A stretch of DNA of 63,650 nt, filler included, from Reclinomonas americana ATCC 50394 (taxonomy: Eukaryota): assembly GCA_048213135.1 (NCBI GenBank). It is 16 parts of 16 records of this genome, joined end to end, with 100 filler letters (N's around TTAATTAATTAA, not from the genome) between each part and the next. Parts side by side here need not be neighbours in the genome. Positions count along the whole stretch, not along the records: positions 7,472 to 15,878 come from AFZH01018827.1; positions 15,979 to 17,364 come from AFZH01018829.1; positions 17,465 to 20,239 come from AFZH01018830.1; positions 20,340 to 25,994 come from AFZH01018831.1; positions 26,095 to 27,643 come from AFZH01018832.1; 11 more parts are not named here. The stretch is one strand, 5' to 3'. The notes below the pieces were generated by a model. The model saw only the letters and a list, made by a program, of their open reading frames with translations, searched no databases and was not told where the DNA came from. Shown here piece by piece: positions 12,584-26,270 of this stretch (within the stretch, counting starts at the first letter, position 1; each line of letters opens with the position of its first letter). The position numbers and the translations under genes are program-made.

Positions 12584-13789
12584 ATGTTCCTCTCCACCTA
12601 TGTATACACAGATGCACAAGAAGAAGCAACAACGAGACTGGCAACGGGCAGGTTTCTTGTTGTCCTGCAACATTTCTCTCTCGTGATTGATGAGGTGAGT
12701 GCGCAAGCTGCCTTTCTCTCTTTCCGATCTCTGTTCCCTCCTCTCTCTCTCTCTCTCTCTCTCTGTCGGTCTCTGTCTCCTTCTGTCTGTCTGTCTCTTT
12801 CTCTCTCTCTCTCTCTCTCTGTTTCATTGCTCCTTCTCTCTCGGTTCCCGAACTCTGTTCCCTCCTCTCCCCCTCTCTCCCTCTCCCTGTCTCTGTTCCT
12901 TCACTCTCACTCTCTCACACTATCCCTGGTCCTTCTCTCTCTCTCTCTCTCTCTCTCTGTCTGTCTCTGTTCTTTCTGTCTCTGTTCCTCTCCACAACAC
13001 TCTCTGTCTCTCCTGTGTCTCCCTCTGCGTTGCGCTCCGTGTTTCCCTCTGGTGCACCCTTCCCTCATGCTGCCCCTCACTCTCTCTCCATGGTCCCCAT
13101 CCCAGTCTTCTCTCTTCCCCCTTCCCTTCCCCCACCCTCACACCTCCCTTTCCTTCGTTTCCCTCCATCTGCAGTGACCCCTTCTCCATCGTCCGACTCC
13201 GCGATGTTGCCGACCTCGACGAATACGTTTGCGCCAACAGAGTCGACAACCTCTTCAAGCACGACATTCACGGATTGACCATCTTCCACGTCGCTGCCGA
13301 GTCCAAATGTTCCGATGCTCGAGTACATTTTCGAAAAGTGCCCGCAAATGGCCAACACAGTGGGCACCGGCACTGGTATCACGCCTCTGATGGCGGCCTG
13401 TCGCCGTGGAGCAGTGCAGGCGGTCGAGTGGCTCCTTGCGGACGAGCGACGTTGTTCGCGGGAGATGGCACTGGCGAGGTCGCGTGATGCATGGAATCAA
13501 TGGACTGCGTTGCATGCGGCAGCGGTGTGTGGGAAGGTGGAGATCGCGGAGATGGTCGCGAGAAAGTACCCGGAGCTGCTAAAGTGCGAGGATGGAATGT
13601 CGCGCAAGCCGGCAGAGTGTGCGCATTCGCACAAGCACGTGCATCTCGGGGCGCTACTGGCCAAAATGGAGCATGATCGGGCCGAGTTTATTGCGAATCG
13701 TGCGTCCCACACCCTCTCGCCCGTGTGCCTTGTAGAAGCGCGTGGCACGAGCGCTTACTCTTCTTCTCTCTCCGTCGTGTGTGTGTGCG

Positions 13790-13852
<63 letters not shown>

Positions 13853-15330
13853 CCATGTACATGTACACTGCTGCACTTCGTGTTCCAGCTGGTCGTCGCT
13901 TCGAGTTGCCGAAGAAGAAGGCGTTTGAGATGGCCCGCGATGGCGACCTGATCGGGTTGCAGCGGTTGGTGGATTCCGAAGGTTCAGATGTACTGCTGAT
14001 GAAGAGGGAGATGAGCGACTTTGGCTGGTCGGCGTATGTTGCAGCGGCATCTCGTGGACAAGAAGAGGTGCTGGCATGGCTGATTGAGAGCAGTGGAGTC
14101 GGCCCGCAGCTGGCCCGCGGAGTTGTGCTGGATGGCGACGGCCAGTGCTTCGCATCGGCGTTTACTGTCGCTGCTGCATGCGGACACGCGGCAGTGGTGG
14201 ACTGGTTGGGCAAGGACCCCAAGCGATGCCCGCCCGAGATGATGCGAGTGACAGACCGGAATGGTTCGACCGCCCTGCATCTGGCGGCCCGCGGCCATCA
14301 TGCTGACGCCGTGCGCGCGGTGATGAGGCTGTGTCCTGATCTGGCCGTCCAGGTGGATAATACCGGAAAAACAGCTGCGGAGGTGGGTGGCGCGCATTGC
14401 GAGAGGATAATCGGCCAGGAGATCGCCGCGATGGCCATCCAAGCAGCCGCGGAGGCGAAGAAACCAGTGGCCCGTGCTGGCGCCGTCAGTTTTGCTGTCC
14501 TCGCCGCCCCTGCTGTCGCTGCCGTTGCCGAACCTCTTGCTGCCCCTGCTGATGCCGCCGCCCCCGCTGTTGCCGCTCCTGCTGCTGCTGCCGGTGCTCC
14601 GCTGCCTGCGCCTTGTGAGTTTCTCATCTTGAATGACGCGAGAGAGCCACTCTCACACCGTCTGGGGTGAGAAACAGGGGCTGTTGCTGAGGTTCAACGA
14701 CGGCCGGCCCAGCCAAAATCTGAGTTGCGTACCATACCGAAACCGCATCGGTCGCTGACTCGCCCTCTCAAGTGCATATACGTAGGTGTGCCTGGGAATG
14801 GGCGCGCGATGGCAGGGTAGAACCTCTGCGCCAACTGGTAATGTCCAACGGCGCGCAGGTGCTGCTCAGTGACGAGCACACCGCCAATGGCACGTGTCCT
14901 GTATTCTATCACGCCGCCGCGAATGGTCATCTGCAAGTCCTGCGCTATTTGCACGTGTCAACTGGCATCGGACACACGTTGGTGCGCCAGGTGACCGAGT
15001 TGAACTGGACGCCACTGATGGGTGCCGTCCACAATGGCCACAGGCATATTGTCGATTGGCTGCTGGAGGATGAGGAGCGATGCCCGCTGCAGGTGGCCTG
15101 TGCGCAAACCAATGACAAGGATTTTCGGCCGGGCTCATCTGCATTGCACCTGGCGGTGTTCCAGCGCGATGATGAGACTGCGCTGCAGTTGGGTGCAGCG
15201 AGGCCAGCACTTTTCCCTCTGCGAGACTGCAAAGGAAGGACTGCAGCCATGTGCGCACGGTTGTCTGTTGAATCTTCATTTGCGGATGCGTTGGAAACTG
15301 TAGAGGAGTCAATGCAACATTCAATTGCAG
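12584..15330 (+). CDS. ankyrin-repeat protein built from three similar modules
   Basis: GITPLMAACRRG, WTALHAAAVCG, GSTALHLAARGHH, WTPLMGAVHNGH, GSSALHLAV. Both ends are uncertain and there is an apparent frameshift at ~13305. Confidence 0.85.
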
Positions 15331-15991
15331 GTATGGAGATGGAGAAGGGAGGATGGGAGGTTGGGAGGAGGGGGGAAGAGGGAGAGAGGGAAAGTGAGGG
15401 GGAAGACGAAGGTGGAAAGAGAGAGAACACAGGGAGAGTGAAATAGGCAGGGACGATGGAGAGAGGGCAGAGGGCAGTCTCGCTCGTTGTGTGTAGGTGT
15501 CTCTCTCTGACACTTGCTTCTGGGAGGTAAAGGACGTTTCTTCTCTCCTTTTCTCGCTCTTTCTCTCTCCTTCCTGCTGTCACTCACCGTTGAAGGAGAA
15601 GCAGATGGAGGCGTACTAAGTGAGAGGAAGCTGGGAGTGATCACAACTGAAAACAGTTGAGATGGGAAGCGGTGCGACTGTTGTTGGTTAGGTGCAGGGA
15701 GACAGATTGAGAGAGAGAGAGAGTGAAATGTGCACGGAGATATCTGAAGTTTCTCGCATTCTCGTTCTCGTTCTATCTGTCTCCCGCCGTCTACCTCACA
15801 TACTTGGAAAGGATACCGAGAAGGAGACGCGCACCGTTAGAGAAACTGACAGTGAGACACAAGTTGAGGTGAAACGCTNNNNNNNNNNNNNNNNNNNNNN
15901 NNNNNNNNNNNNNNNNNNNNNNTTAATTAATTAANNNNNNNNNNNNNNNNNNNNNNNNNNNNNNNNNNNNNNNNNNNNGTGAGAGAGAAGA

Positions 15992-16024
15992 GAGTAGGTG
16001 TGTCGTACGACCTCTACGTCGTCT

Positions 16025-16113
<89 letters not shown>

Positions 16114-18724
16114 ATCCGCCTCTCACTGTCGATCTCGTCTCACTCTCTTTCACTCTGTCTCTCTCTGTCTCTCTCTCTCACTGTGTGCATGTGTGTGCGT
16201 TGTGTGCGCAGGCTACATTTGCTACAGTTGCGTGCGCTCGTGTGTGCTTCTTGAGTGCATGAGTGTGTGTTTCCTCTTATCTTCTCTTCTCTCTCTCTCG
16301 TATGTCAGCGACCTTCAACTGTGCTTTGTACTGGAATGCCACTGTGCGAGCGGATTATGAGCGTGATACGGTCAGTACAGGGAGGAGAGGGAAGGGGTGT
16401 GAGAATTCAAGCTCGGAGAAACATGCATTGCAGACTGGCGATGCAGTGTGTGCACCACTTGCTCTTTCTCTCGTCTTCCTTTCTGTCTTTCTCCTTCCTC
16501 CTTGCCTTGTTGATCCTTTGGGCTTTTGAAGGCTTGTTTGGCAGCGTCGGAGATTCCCTCTGCGCTTGTCCTGTCGTCTTGTTCTCCTCTCGTGCCTGTG
16601 GAAAACGGCATGCCAAACAATGGTCAATGCTTTGCTGTGCCCTCCACTTGCATTCTTTCTTTCTTCTTTGTCTTGCTGTGCATCTTGGGCATTATCCGCT
16701 GCGCTTGCCTTGTTGTCTTCGCTTTGTTCTCTCTGCTGTGACAGTGCCTTGCCTCTCTCTCTCTCTCTCTCTCTCTTCTTCCTTGCAGCCTTGCACTATT
16801 GATCTCTCGGCGTTATAAGGCTTGTTTGGCAGCTCAAGATACCCTCTGCGCTTTCTCTCTCTCTCTCTCTGTTTTCTTTCTCCCTGATCGTCGCGGCTTG
16901 TTCGACGCATCACCAAGTGAGAAGAACAGTGCGTGTTGCCTCTCTCTCACTTGATTCTCATCGTCCTAATCACTCGCTTGTTGTCCACCGCTTCACCAAC
17001 TGTCCCAACATTCTCTCGTGCCTTCCTCCTTCACCCCTTCTCACCCCCCCCCCACCACCCAGGGCTCCAAAAACATTGGCGTGCAACCAAACGACATTGC
17101 CTTTGCTATCCACGCCCTGGTGATCACCATCTTCACCATCTACCAGTGCTTCATCTACGAGGTCAGTTGGTTTGAAAATCGTCTTTGTTTGGCCTTTTGC
17201 TGACTCTCACTACATGTGTGCGTATGTGTGTGTGATTGTGCTTGCGTGTGCGTGCGTCTGTCTGTCTGTCGATCTGCATGTCCGTGCGTGTGTGACTGTC
17301 TCTCTCTCTCTCTCTCTCCTCTCTTCTCTCTGTTTCTCTTTCCTCTCTCTCTCTCTCTCTCTCCNNNNNNNNNNNNNNNNNNNNNNNNNNNNNNNNNNNN
17401 NNNNNNNNTTAATTAATTAANNNNNNNNNNNNNNNNNNNNNNNNNNNNNNNNNNNNNNNNNNNNCCCTTTCTCTTCCCCCACTCTCTCCCGCTCCCCTCC
17501 CTTCCTCCCCACAGCGCGCCAATCAAAAAGTGTCGCTGATTGCACGCATCATTCTCGGCTGCATGTGGCTCTTCATGATCATTGTCACCATCCTGCCGGC
17601 CACCGGTGTCATTGACTGGTACCAGGGCTTGACATTCCTCGCGTTGCGTCTCCATACACCTGTGCTGCTCTCTTCCCCTCCTGCTTGGCTAACAGCAGTG
17701 CGACACAGGTACACCAAGATGTTTGCCAGCTTTGTAAAGGTGTGCATGCGCGCCTGACTGTAAGGGATGGTGAAAAAGTGTGTGTGCTGAGTGCTGGTGT
17801 GCCGCAGTACTGTCCGCAAGCATGGATCAATTTCAAGAGAAAATCGACTGTCGGCTGGAGCATTGGTGAGATAGATGCGCTCTCTGTGTAAACATGGTGA
17901 TCGTGGCTCACCTCTTAACAGGCAACATTCTGCTGGACTTCACCGGTGGCACGCTGTCCATTCTGCAACAGATTCTCGATTCCATCGACAAGGGTACGCA
18001 TCGGTGCGGGCGTAGTTCACTGGCGCTGCGCTCATTCTCTTGCAGACGATTGGAGCCCACTGACTGGCGATCTGCCCAAGACTGGTCTCGGCTTCGAGTC
18101 GATTTTCTTTGACATTCTGTTCATGATTCAAGTTGAGTCGCTGACTTTGTCACTCTGTTTGCCGCTCTCATCTCTGTCTCTCCTTATCTATCGCTTTGTT
18201 TGCCCCATTTGTGTCACCTCTTTGTTTCCCTGTCCCTGCACTCTATCCGTCTTTCTTACACGCTTCCCCTCTCGTCTCTCATCTCTTCGTCCGTTCCTCC
18301 CTGGCCTATCTCCCTTCTGCGCATACTCCCTCTTTCGGAGCCCTTCTTCGCTGCGCTTCACCTCTCCCCTCCTCTTCGTGCTTCTGATCTCCCCCCTTCC
18401 CTCTTGTTTCTTCGTTTTCCCTGGCCTTTCCACCTTCTTCACACTCTCTTTCGTCGTCCTGGTCTTCCCTCCCTCGTGATGTTGTCTCTATTCCCGTCAC
18501 CCCTTTCTCACTCACTCCCATTCCTTTTCCTACTTGCGCAGCACTACTGCCTGTACCGCAACCGACACGACCCGGCTCTCGAGAAGCTCAAGGAGGCCGC
18601 CGACGACTCGAAGGATCTGGAGGAACGCAAGGCCATACTGCCTGCTGGTGCCGACGAGGAGCCGCCGTCCGCCACCCACTCTGGCAAGTACTCGGCGGAG
18701 GGCTCGGTGAACGGGCAGGTGTGA
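15992..18724 (+). CDS. CTNS: cystinosin-family PQ-loop lysosomal transporter (spans gap at 17365)
   Basis: [84 protein letters not shown]. C-tail ERKAIL is dileucine-like. 5'-partial. Confidence 0.9.
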
Positions 18725-18767
18725 GGATGTGTGTTGTTGTTGTTGTGTTTTCTCGTTCATCTGTCTT

Positions 18768-21383
18768 TTATAATGCGATAAATCCGTCGTCGTCTTCTTC
18801 GTCCTTCTTGGCCTCGTCGAAATCGTCCGGATCCGTGTTGGAGAATGCCCGCTTCTTGGCCAGTCGGGCGGCGGCATCAGAAGGCGACGACGATGAACCG
18901 GCAGCGGCCTGCTTCAGCGCAGGATGTCAGTTCGTGCATTGTCACAGCTGTGGAAATCAACAAGTACGCACGCACCCTGACGTAGCCCTTGACCTTCCAC
19001 TGGTCCTTGCTCGACTCCATGACTTCGCTCGACACCACACACCGATACGCCTTGCGCGACTCGCCGCGCACCACCGCCCTCCGGCAGTTGTCCGTCACGA
19101 AATGCTTGGCCGACGAGAAGTCGGCACCCGCCAGTGCGCCGCTGTGTGCGGGCACAGTGAGAGGACGATGATGGGAAGAGGGCGGATGAGTGAGGACGCA
19201 ACAGATTGGTCACGTCGTATGGACCGCGCACAAGCAGGGGTTCCGAGGAGCCGCAGGAGAAGATGAGCGCCTTGTATTTGAGCAAGCGCAGGAGAGTCAT
19301 GACGTTGCTGACAAAGTAGCGTCGTGCGCCGGCGTCTGAGGGAGGGTGCGGGTGTGTGAGGAGGTCGGTGAGAGGGGAAAGGGAGGGGGAGAGAGGGGGG
19401 AGGGGGAGAGAGAGCCACGACAAGAGCAAAGAGCGTGACAGGAGAAAGTGTGTCAGAGAAGAATACAGAAGTTGAGGGAAGCCCTTGCGTTTGAAAGGTG
19501 ACTCGGAAGTTAAACCAAGTCGTCACGCTGAGAGAGAGAGAGAGAGAGAGAAAATGCACCTGAAGTGCGCAGTACATGCAAGGAACAGGGGGAGATAACG
19601 CGATTCAACTGCGTGCAGGAAATGACAACCGAGTCACCGCGTTGAGACAAAGAAAGAGTGTAAAGAGAGAGAGAGAGAGAAATGTATGCACTTGAAGTGC
19701 ACTACATGAGACGGAGGAGACAACGCGCTTGAATTGTGCGCCGGAGACGCCAACCATGTCGTCAAGCTGGAGACAGGAAAGAACGCACTTCAGGCGTGCA
19801 CGGAGGAAAGGAACAGAATGCAGAAGAAGACAACCACTTCGTCGCGCTGACAGAGAGGGAGAGAGAGAGCGAGAGAGACAGAGAAAGAGAAAAGGAAGCA
19901 ATACACGTGCCACAGAGGAGATAGCGTGCTTGAACGGTGTGTGTGAGAGAAAAGAGAGTGTTCGCGAACGCGTGCGGCAGCGTCCAAGATTAGGAACGAC
20001 TCGGTTGACCTGCACCCTGTCCTTCCCCCCCTTCTCCCACTCACCCTTGATGGCCGTCCCATAATTGGCCTCCAGCACGACCTCACGCGCACGTGCCTGG
20101 CTGAGAATCTTGAACTTGAGCGGGTACGCCGGTCGCTGACACACATCCAACACGATAATGTCGGCATCCACCGATGCACAGCACGTGCGCAGCGTGGCCT
20201 CCGACTCGGGCTGCACCGCGACGAGATCGAACTTTTGCANNNNNNNNNNNNNNNNNNNNNNNNNNNNNNNNNNNNNNNNNNNNTTAATTAATTAANNNNN
20301 NNNNNNNNNNNNNNNNNNNNNNNNNNNNNNNNNNNNNNNGCGAACGAGCTCGTCGAGGCGGTCTGAGAGGGTGTTCTGCGCGGGAGGGAAAGGGAGGGTA
20401 TAAAGGGAAAGAGAAGCAAAAAGGGGAGTGAGAGAGAGAGAGAGATAATGAGAGAGAGAGAACATGGCGGGGATGGAGGAGAGGAGGGATGATGGGAAGG
20501 AGAGCGAGGAAGTGAGGGAAAGGAAACAGAAGGAGCAAGTGGTGAGAACGGAGAGGGCAGAGGAGAAGGGTGCAGTAATGGAGAGAGAAGAGGGAAGGGA
20601 AGAGAGAAGGAACGAGCGGTGGGAAAGGTGGGTGCGGAGACGACAGAGGAGAAGGGCACAATAATCGAGAGAGGGAAGGAACGACTCATGGGAAGGTGGG
20701 AATGGAGAGGAAGAGTGCAGTGAGCGAGAGGCGGAAGGAAAAGGGAAAGCGAAGGAGCAAGCAGTGGGAAAAGGTGCGAATGGACAGGAGAGAGGAGAAG
20801 GGAAGGCGAGCGAGGGAGTGAAGGAAAGGAAAGAGAAGGAGCAAGTGGTGAGAATGGAGAAGACAGAGGAGAAGGGTGCAGTGAGAGAAGGAGGGAATGG
20901 GAGGGAGAAGGAGGGCATGGAACGAGTGGTGGGAAAGGTTGAGAAGGGTACAGTAATGGAGAGAGAAGGAGAGAAGGGAAGAGAGAAGACACGAGGGGTG
21001 GGAAAGGTGGGAATGGAGAGGAACAGCACAGCGAGTGAGAGGCGAGAAATGAGAAGAGCAAAGGAGGGAAAGAAAGGGCAATGCAGAGACTTACGGACAG
21101 AATGCATGCAATGAGAGAATGCAAGGACACTCACCAGTGCATCACTGGCCACTCGATCGCGCACAGTGACACTGAGCGCAATGCATTCAAAGCCATCTGA
21201 ACATGAGAAAGACAGTCAGTCAACAATGCACTCTCTCTCTCTCTCTCACACACACACACAGTCAACCAACACTGCAACTCTCTCTCCACCTCTCACTCTC
21301 CGCACGCAACATTCAATGTACACATCAATCAGCTCGCCCACACTCTCCACACCAAGACCATCGACAACCACGTTCAAATCCAT
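18768..21383 (-). CDS. RPP30: RNase P/MRP subunit p30 (spans gap at 20240)
   Basis: MDLNV...YGFECIAL; AVQPESEATLRTCCASVDADIIVLD; VVLEANYGTAIK; RRYFVSNVMTL; LIFSCGSSEPLLVRGPYDVTNL. Confidence 0.85.
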
Positions 21384-21481
21384 ACCAAAACACAATGAAA
21401 AGCGATGTAAAGCAGATCTGTTGATTGATTGCATTCTCTTTGTCTTTCTCTTGTGTTTGTGTCACTGTGTGAGAGATAACA

Positions 21482-24400
21482 ATGGGTGATCACACTGATG
21501 ATACGATGACTGATGTGGAGCTTCCGTACTTGCGGTTCAATGATGCACCGCGAGATGTGATGGTCGGTCAGCATCGGCATTTTGTCACGCGTCAAGTTGC
21601 GCATGGGAGAGATGAGTGAGAGAAAGAGTGGGGAGAGTGTGTGTGAGTGATGAGTGTGAGGTGAGTGCGAGAATGGCGCGAGAAGTCTGATTTCCGAACC
21701 ACGTGCATGCATACGTGCAATCAATGATTGGCTTCGTGTTGATCTTCTTCTTCTGCTGTGAGTGAACGCATAGTGAGAGACAGTGCATGTGGTGCGCTGA
21801 GGCGTGTGGGGATGTCGCAAGAGGTTTGATTTCCAGGTTGGAATCCTGCATGCATGCAATCGGTCATTTGACTTCGTATTCATTTTCTCGTGCTGTGAGT
21901 GGACGACGCTGATGCATTGCGAGAGAGAATGCATGTGATGTGTTGGGGGCATGCAGGGATGTCATTTGTGATTTCCAGGTTGGAATCCTGCATGCATGCA
22001 ATCAGTCATTGACTTCGTGTTGATCTTCTTCTGCTGTGAGTGGACGACGCTGGTGCATAGTGAGAGAGAATGCATATGGCACATGAGAGTGTGTGTCATG
22101 AGAGGTGTGGTTTGAATCATGCATGCATGCATGCATGCAAGCAAAGACTGACTTCGTATTCATCTTCTTCTGCTGTGAGCGGACGAACGCTGGTGCATAA
22201 TGAGAGAGAATGCGTGTGGTGCATGAGTGTGTGTGTGTCATGAGAGGTGTGGTTTCCTCCATGCGTTCAGCTTGCCTTGATCGCCTGAGAAGTCTCGCTT
22301 GCAAGTTAGAATCGTGCATGCATCCAGCCTGTTCCTCTTGGTGCACAGTGAGAGAGGATGCATGCCTTGATAATGTGAGAAGTCTCGCTTGCAGGCTGGA
22401 ATCGTGCATGCATCCAGTCTGTTCTTCTGGATGTGCAGAGAGAGAGAATGTATGCCTTGATGGCGTGAGAAGTATCGTCTGCAGGTTGGAATCGTGCATG
22501 CGTTCAGCTTGTCGTTCTTCGTGCAGTGGGAGAGAGTACATGCCTTTATAGTGTGAGAAGACTCGTTTCCATAGCGAAACCATGCATTCTGCAATCTTCT
22601 TGAAGCACAGTGAGAACACATGACTGCGACTTCTCCTCCTCCTCCTCCTCCTTCTCCTTCCCCTCATCCTTTCCCTTCCGCGACCTTCGATTATTGACTA
22701 TCGTCTCCAGTCGTCGGCAATGCCTTCCTCTGCCGGTATGAACGGACGGCCAGTGAGTGGGATGAGCACGACGCGCATTGGACTGAACATTGACACGACG
22801 AGGAGGGGATCGATGGCGGGCATGTCGTTGCCGATGCGACCGCTCAAGTCGTCGCACTATGCTGGTGAGTGCTGCGTGCTCTAGTGCGTTGGTTGCACGC
22901 TCTTTTCGTCTTCGACGATTTTTGCGCTCCGCTCCACTCTCATTTGGTCAATTGCTCGGCCTTCTCTGCATTCTTTCGTATGCTCTGTCTCACTCTGTCA
23001 TGTGCACGCTCATTCATTCACACGGTCTTGTGCTGAACCTTCTCTGCGTTCCTTGTAAACTCTCCGTTCCTCCTTCGAGAGCTGCGCCTTCTTCGATGTC
23101 TTCCATGTGATCTGTCTCACTCTGTCATGTGAATGCTCATTCACCGTCGAGTGTCGGCCTTATCTATGTGCTTTCCAAAACTCTGTCGAGCGTTTACCCG
23201 ATCGCATGCTGTGCCTCTCTTGCAACAATCTGCTGCCGTCTGTTTCGTTTCTGCGCCATTTCTGGACTGAATCTGCCTTGCTCTGACTTCCACTGCTGGA
23301 GCTCTCATGTGCTCGGCCTTCTCTGGTCTCTTTGACCCGCTCTACACCGTTCTTTCCGTTGTAATCCTTGCTTATACTCTCCCTCCCTCTCATCATCGCA
23401 GGATGCTGCTCTTCCTGGAACCAATGTGGCTTGTTCTGGAAGACGTGGTGCGTGTTTTTCGTCTCCTGGGGTCACCCTCCCTCGCGGTCGTGCTTCTGAC
23501 CTTCATTCATGTTGACAGCTCGCTCTCTCGGCGTCGCCTGCCGTACACGATCGACGGACACTCGAATGGCGTGTTGCAGCTGACTGTCGGGGAGCCATCT
23601 TCTGTTCTCGGTGCGTGTCATGAAAGAACACGCCGCGTGGGGTCAGCGTGGCATGCTCCTCATCCATCGGCGCACAGCATGCGGTTGCACGGCGTTGGAG
23701 CACTTGTACTGCTGGATGCCTGTTGGCCTCATTGCCATTCTCTTTGACCGCTCTAGAAACTCAGAAGTTGTGTGTGCATGCTCTGCGTGTCGCGTCGCAG
23801 TCTCTCTCTCACTAACCCTGCCCGCCACAGTATTCAACGAATACCCACCTCCAGCACACTGCGGATGCAACCGGTGGCCTGTCGTACATTACCTTTGACT
23901 CCAGTTCGCGGTATGTGGGGTCGATCGATTACAACACGTATGTCATGCCACTCACCATGCGTCTGCGCCACCGCCAGTGACATGGACATCAGGTGCGTCG
24001 CGGACTCTCTCTCTCTCTCCCTCACTCTCTCACTAACTTACTCACATCGCCGCAGCTCGTACACGTGTTCGTATGGCTGCTGCGGATTGTGCTGCTGTCA
24101 GCAGAGCATGAAGATCTCTGGCGTCATGTCCATTGATGTAGAATCGGCCCCAAGTGCGTGATGACCTCGCAGATGAAGAGTTGTTGCGTGGAGTCACTAA
24201 CTCTCTCGCAGGGCACAAAGATCCCAGGCAGATGCGATACCGCGTGGTGGTGTACGACCGGTCAGCACCGATTCCCCTTCGCACTCTCCCCCCCGTGGTG
24301 TCGCGCTAAAAACTCTTGTGTCATCACAGCGCCGAGCGTTCGTATGCCATCACCAAGCAAGTGGACTCGCGGAACGACGCAGAGGCTGTGCGCGCCATCG

Positions 24401-24602
24401 TCGAGTCGCACGCCCTCAGTGGCGGTCGTGCGCTGCAACGCAGTGCCTCAAGTTGCGCTCTGTACCCGCGTGCACGTCTGTAGCGACGCTCACTCCTCCC
24501 TTCACCCACACGCGCGCAGATCGATCGAGCTTGCAGTCGGCCGACCTCGAGTCACACGTGTCTGTGCTGGGTCCACCAATCGCCCGCTCCCCGTTCCAGT
24601 GA
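21482..24602 (+). CDS. hypothetical Cys-rich protein, multi-exon, divergent from RPP30
   Basis: In-frame exons MGDHTDD...VTRQ|SSAMPSS...|GCCSSWNQCGLFWKTC...|...YGCCGLCCCQQ...|...PIARSPFQ*. Intron 1 is 21596-22710. No family recognised. Confidence 0.5.
21680..22600. repeat. two nested degenerate tandem arrays (~140-bp and ~90-bp units) filling an intron
   Basis: catgcatgcaatc..gacttcgt.ttcatcttcttctgctgtgagtggacg..gagagagaatgc occurs about 4 times, then gagaagt.tcg.ttgcagg.tggaatcgtgcatgc about 3 times at ~90-bp spacing. Confidence 0.8.
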
Positions 24603-24745
24603 CCGGCTCTCCCACCTCTCCCATCTCTCCCTCGCTCGCCCACTAGATTAGCACACCTAAGTATCACTGTTTTGAATTGAGCTGTTAAAAATGACTTGCA
24701 TTGCGTATCCTCCTCGCTCAGTTCCCTCTCCAACTGTCCGTTTTT

Positions 24746-25103
24746 TTATCGGTGCTTGCTGCTGCCGAAACCAGTGAAGCCAACCAGTGCCGCCAGCTCC
24801 GGATCGAGGTCCTCCGTTTCTGCGAGGCAAGAGAGAGAGGTGAGAGTCACGGCGACGAGAAAGTTGCTGGCCTCTCGGTTGGCGACGCACCAGCAGTGAC
24901 AGGCTTCGGCGCATCTGGGTTCTTTTTCCTGCGCTTGCGCTCCCTCTCCTTGTCCTCCTCCTCCTGCCGCTTCAGTCGCTCCTCAATGTCCTCGTCGCGC
25001 AGCGCCACCTTGTTCTTCCTCTCCTTGGCCTCGCGCAGCTTTTGGCGAACGTCGACCACGGTGGCGCGTTGAGTGCGCATGCTGAAGCCCATGTTGCGTT
25101 GAT
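24746..25103 (-). CDS. ZMAT2: U4/U6.U5 tri-snRNP protein Snu23/ZMAT2, last exon
   Basis: HQRNMGFSMRTQRATVVDVRQKL...DIEERLKRQEEEDKERERKRR...ELAALVGFTGFGSSK matches the ZMAT2 C-terminal half. The zinc-finger exon was not located. Confidence 0.8.
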
Positions 25104-26108
25104 CTATAATGGGGGAAGGGGGAGAAGGGGTGAGGAAAAGGAAAGGGGCGAAGCGGGACGGGAGGGGAGGACGGGAAGGAAGAGAGAGAGAGAGATAGAG
25201 AGCGAGGAGAAGGGAAGCGAGGAGGGAGGAGCAAGTGGCATGCAAGAGAGGAAAGCTGCAGATTCACAACGATTCTGTCAAATGTAGAAGGGAGTGCACG
25301 TCAGAAAAAGATAGAGAGAGGAGAAACAGAGAAAGAGAGCATACGCGCAGACGCAGAGAGAAAAGCACACATTCACAACGATTCCAACAGCGACAGAGTC
25401 AGCAAGTCGTACACACATCCAGAGAGGCAGGGAGAGAGGGAGAGAGAGACAGAGGATGAGGAGAAGGGAAGGGGGTGCACGACAGAAGAGAGAATGAGCA
25501 CAGATCCACAATAGTCCCACTCATTCTGTCGACCATCAAGGACATGAGACACTGAGGCATGAGGAAGGCACTGCGCTCTCGGCAGTGGGGCACTCAGCCT
25601 CAGGTCACATTCTCTCCTTCCGTAGTCTCTCTCTTTATCTCTCTGAGTGCGTGTGTGTGCGAGCGCGCGCGCTCTCTCTCTCTCTTCCTATCTCTATGAT
25701 GAGCGCGCTTCTCTTTCCTTGCGCAAAGAAGAGAAATACATGAGAGCGGATAAGCGGGAATGAGAAGGAAACTGTGACTCTCGACGACGACCACTACAAC
25801 TGCGACTTCGCAAGGAGAGGAAAGAGAGGCGCACCAGCAGGAGGAACAGAAGACGCTCTCTCTCTCTCTCTTCGCAGCACACACAAGCGTGCACACGAGG
25901 CAGCGAAAGAGAAGGAGTGCGTTGGAAACAAGTATCTCTCAGAAGTCTGGTCTTTCCTTCCAACCTCAGACTAACTGAGTCCTTCCCTCTCCCCNNNNNN
26001 NNNNNNNNNNNNNNNNNNNNNNNNNNNNNNNNNNNNNNTTAATTAATTAANNNNNNNNNNNNNNNNNNNNNNNNNNNNNNNNNNNNNNNNNNNNTGGTCG
26101 TCGTACGT

Positions 26109-26191
<83 letters not shown>

Positions 26192-26270
26192 TCAATGACT
26201 GTGTGAATATGTGGCTGTGTGTGTGCATGTGTGTGCATGTGTGTGCATGTGCGTGTTGTGCGTACTGCAG

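Noticed and set aside
22620..23800. Decayed transposon on the minus strand
   Set aside because: Better explained as exons and introns of the plus-strand gene 21482-24602; no transposase or RT motifs.
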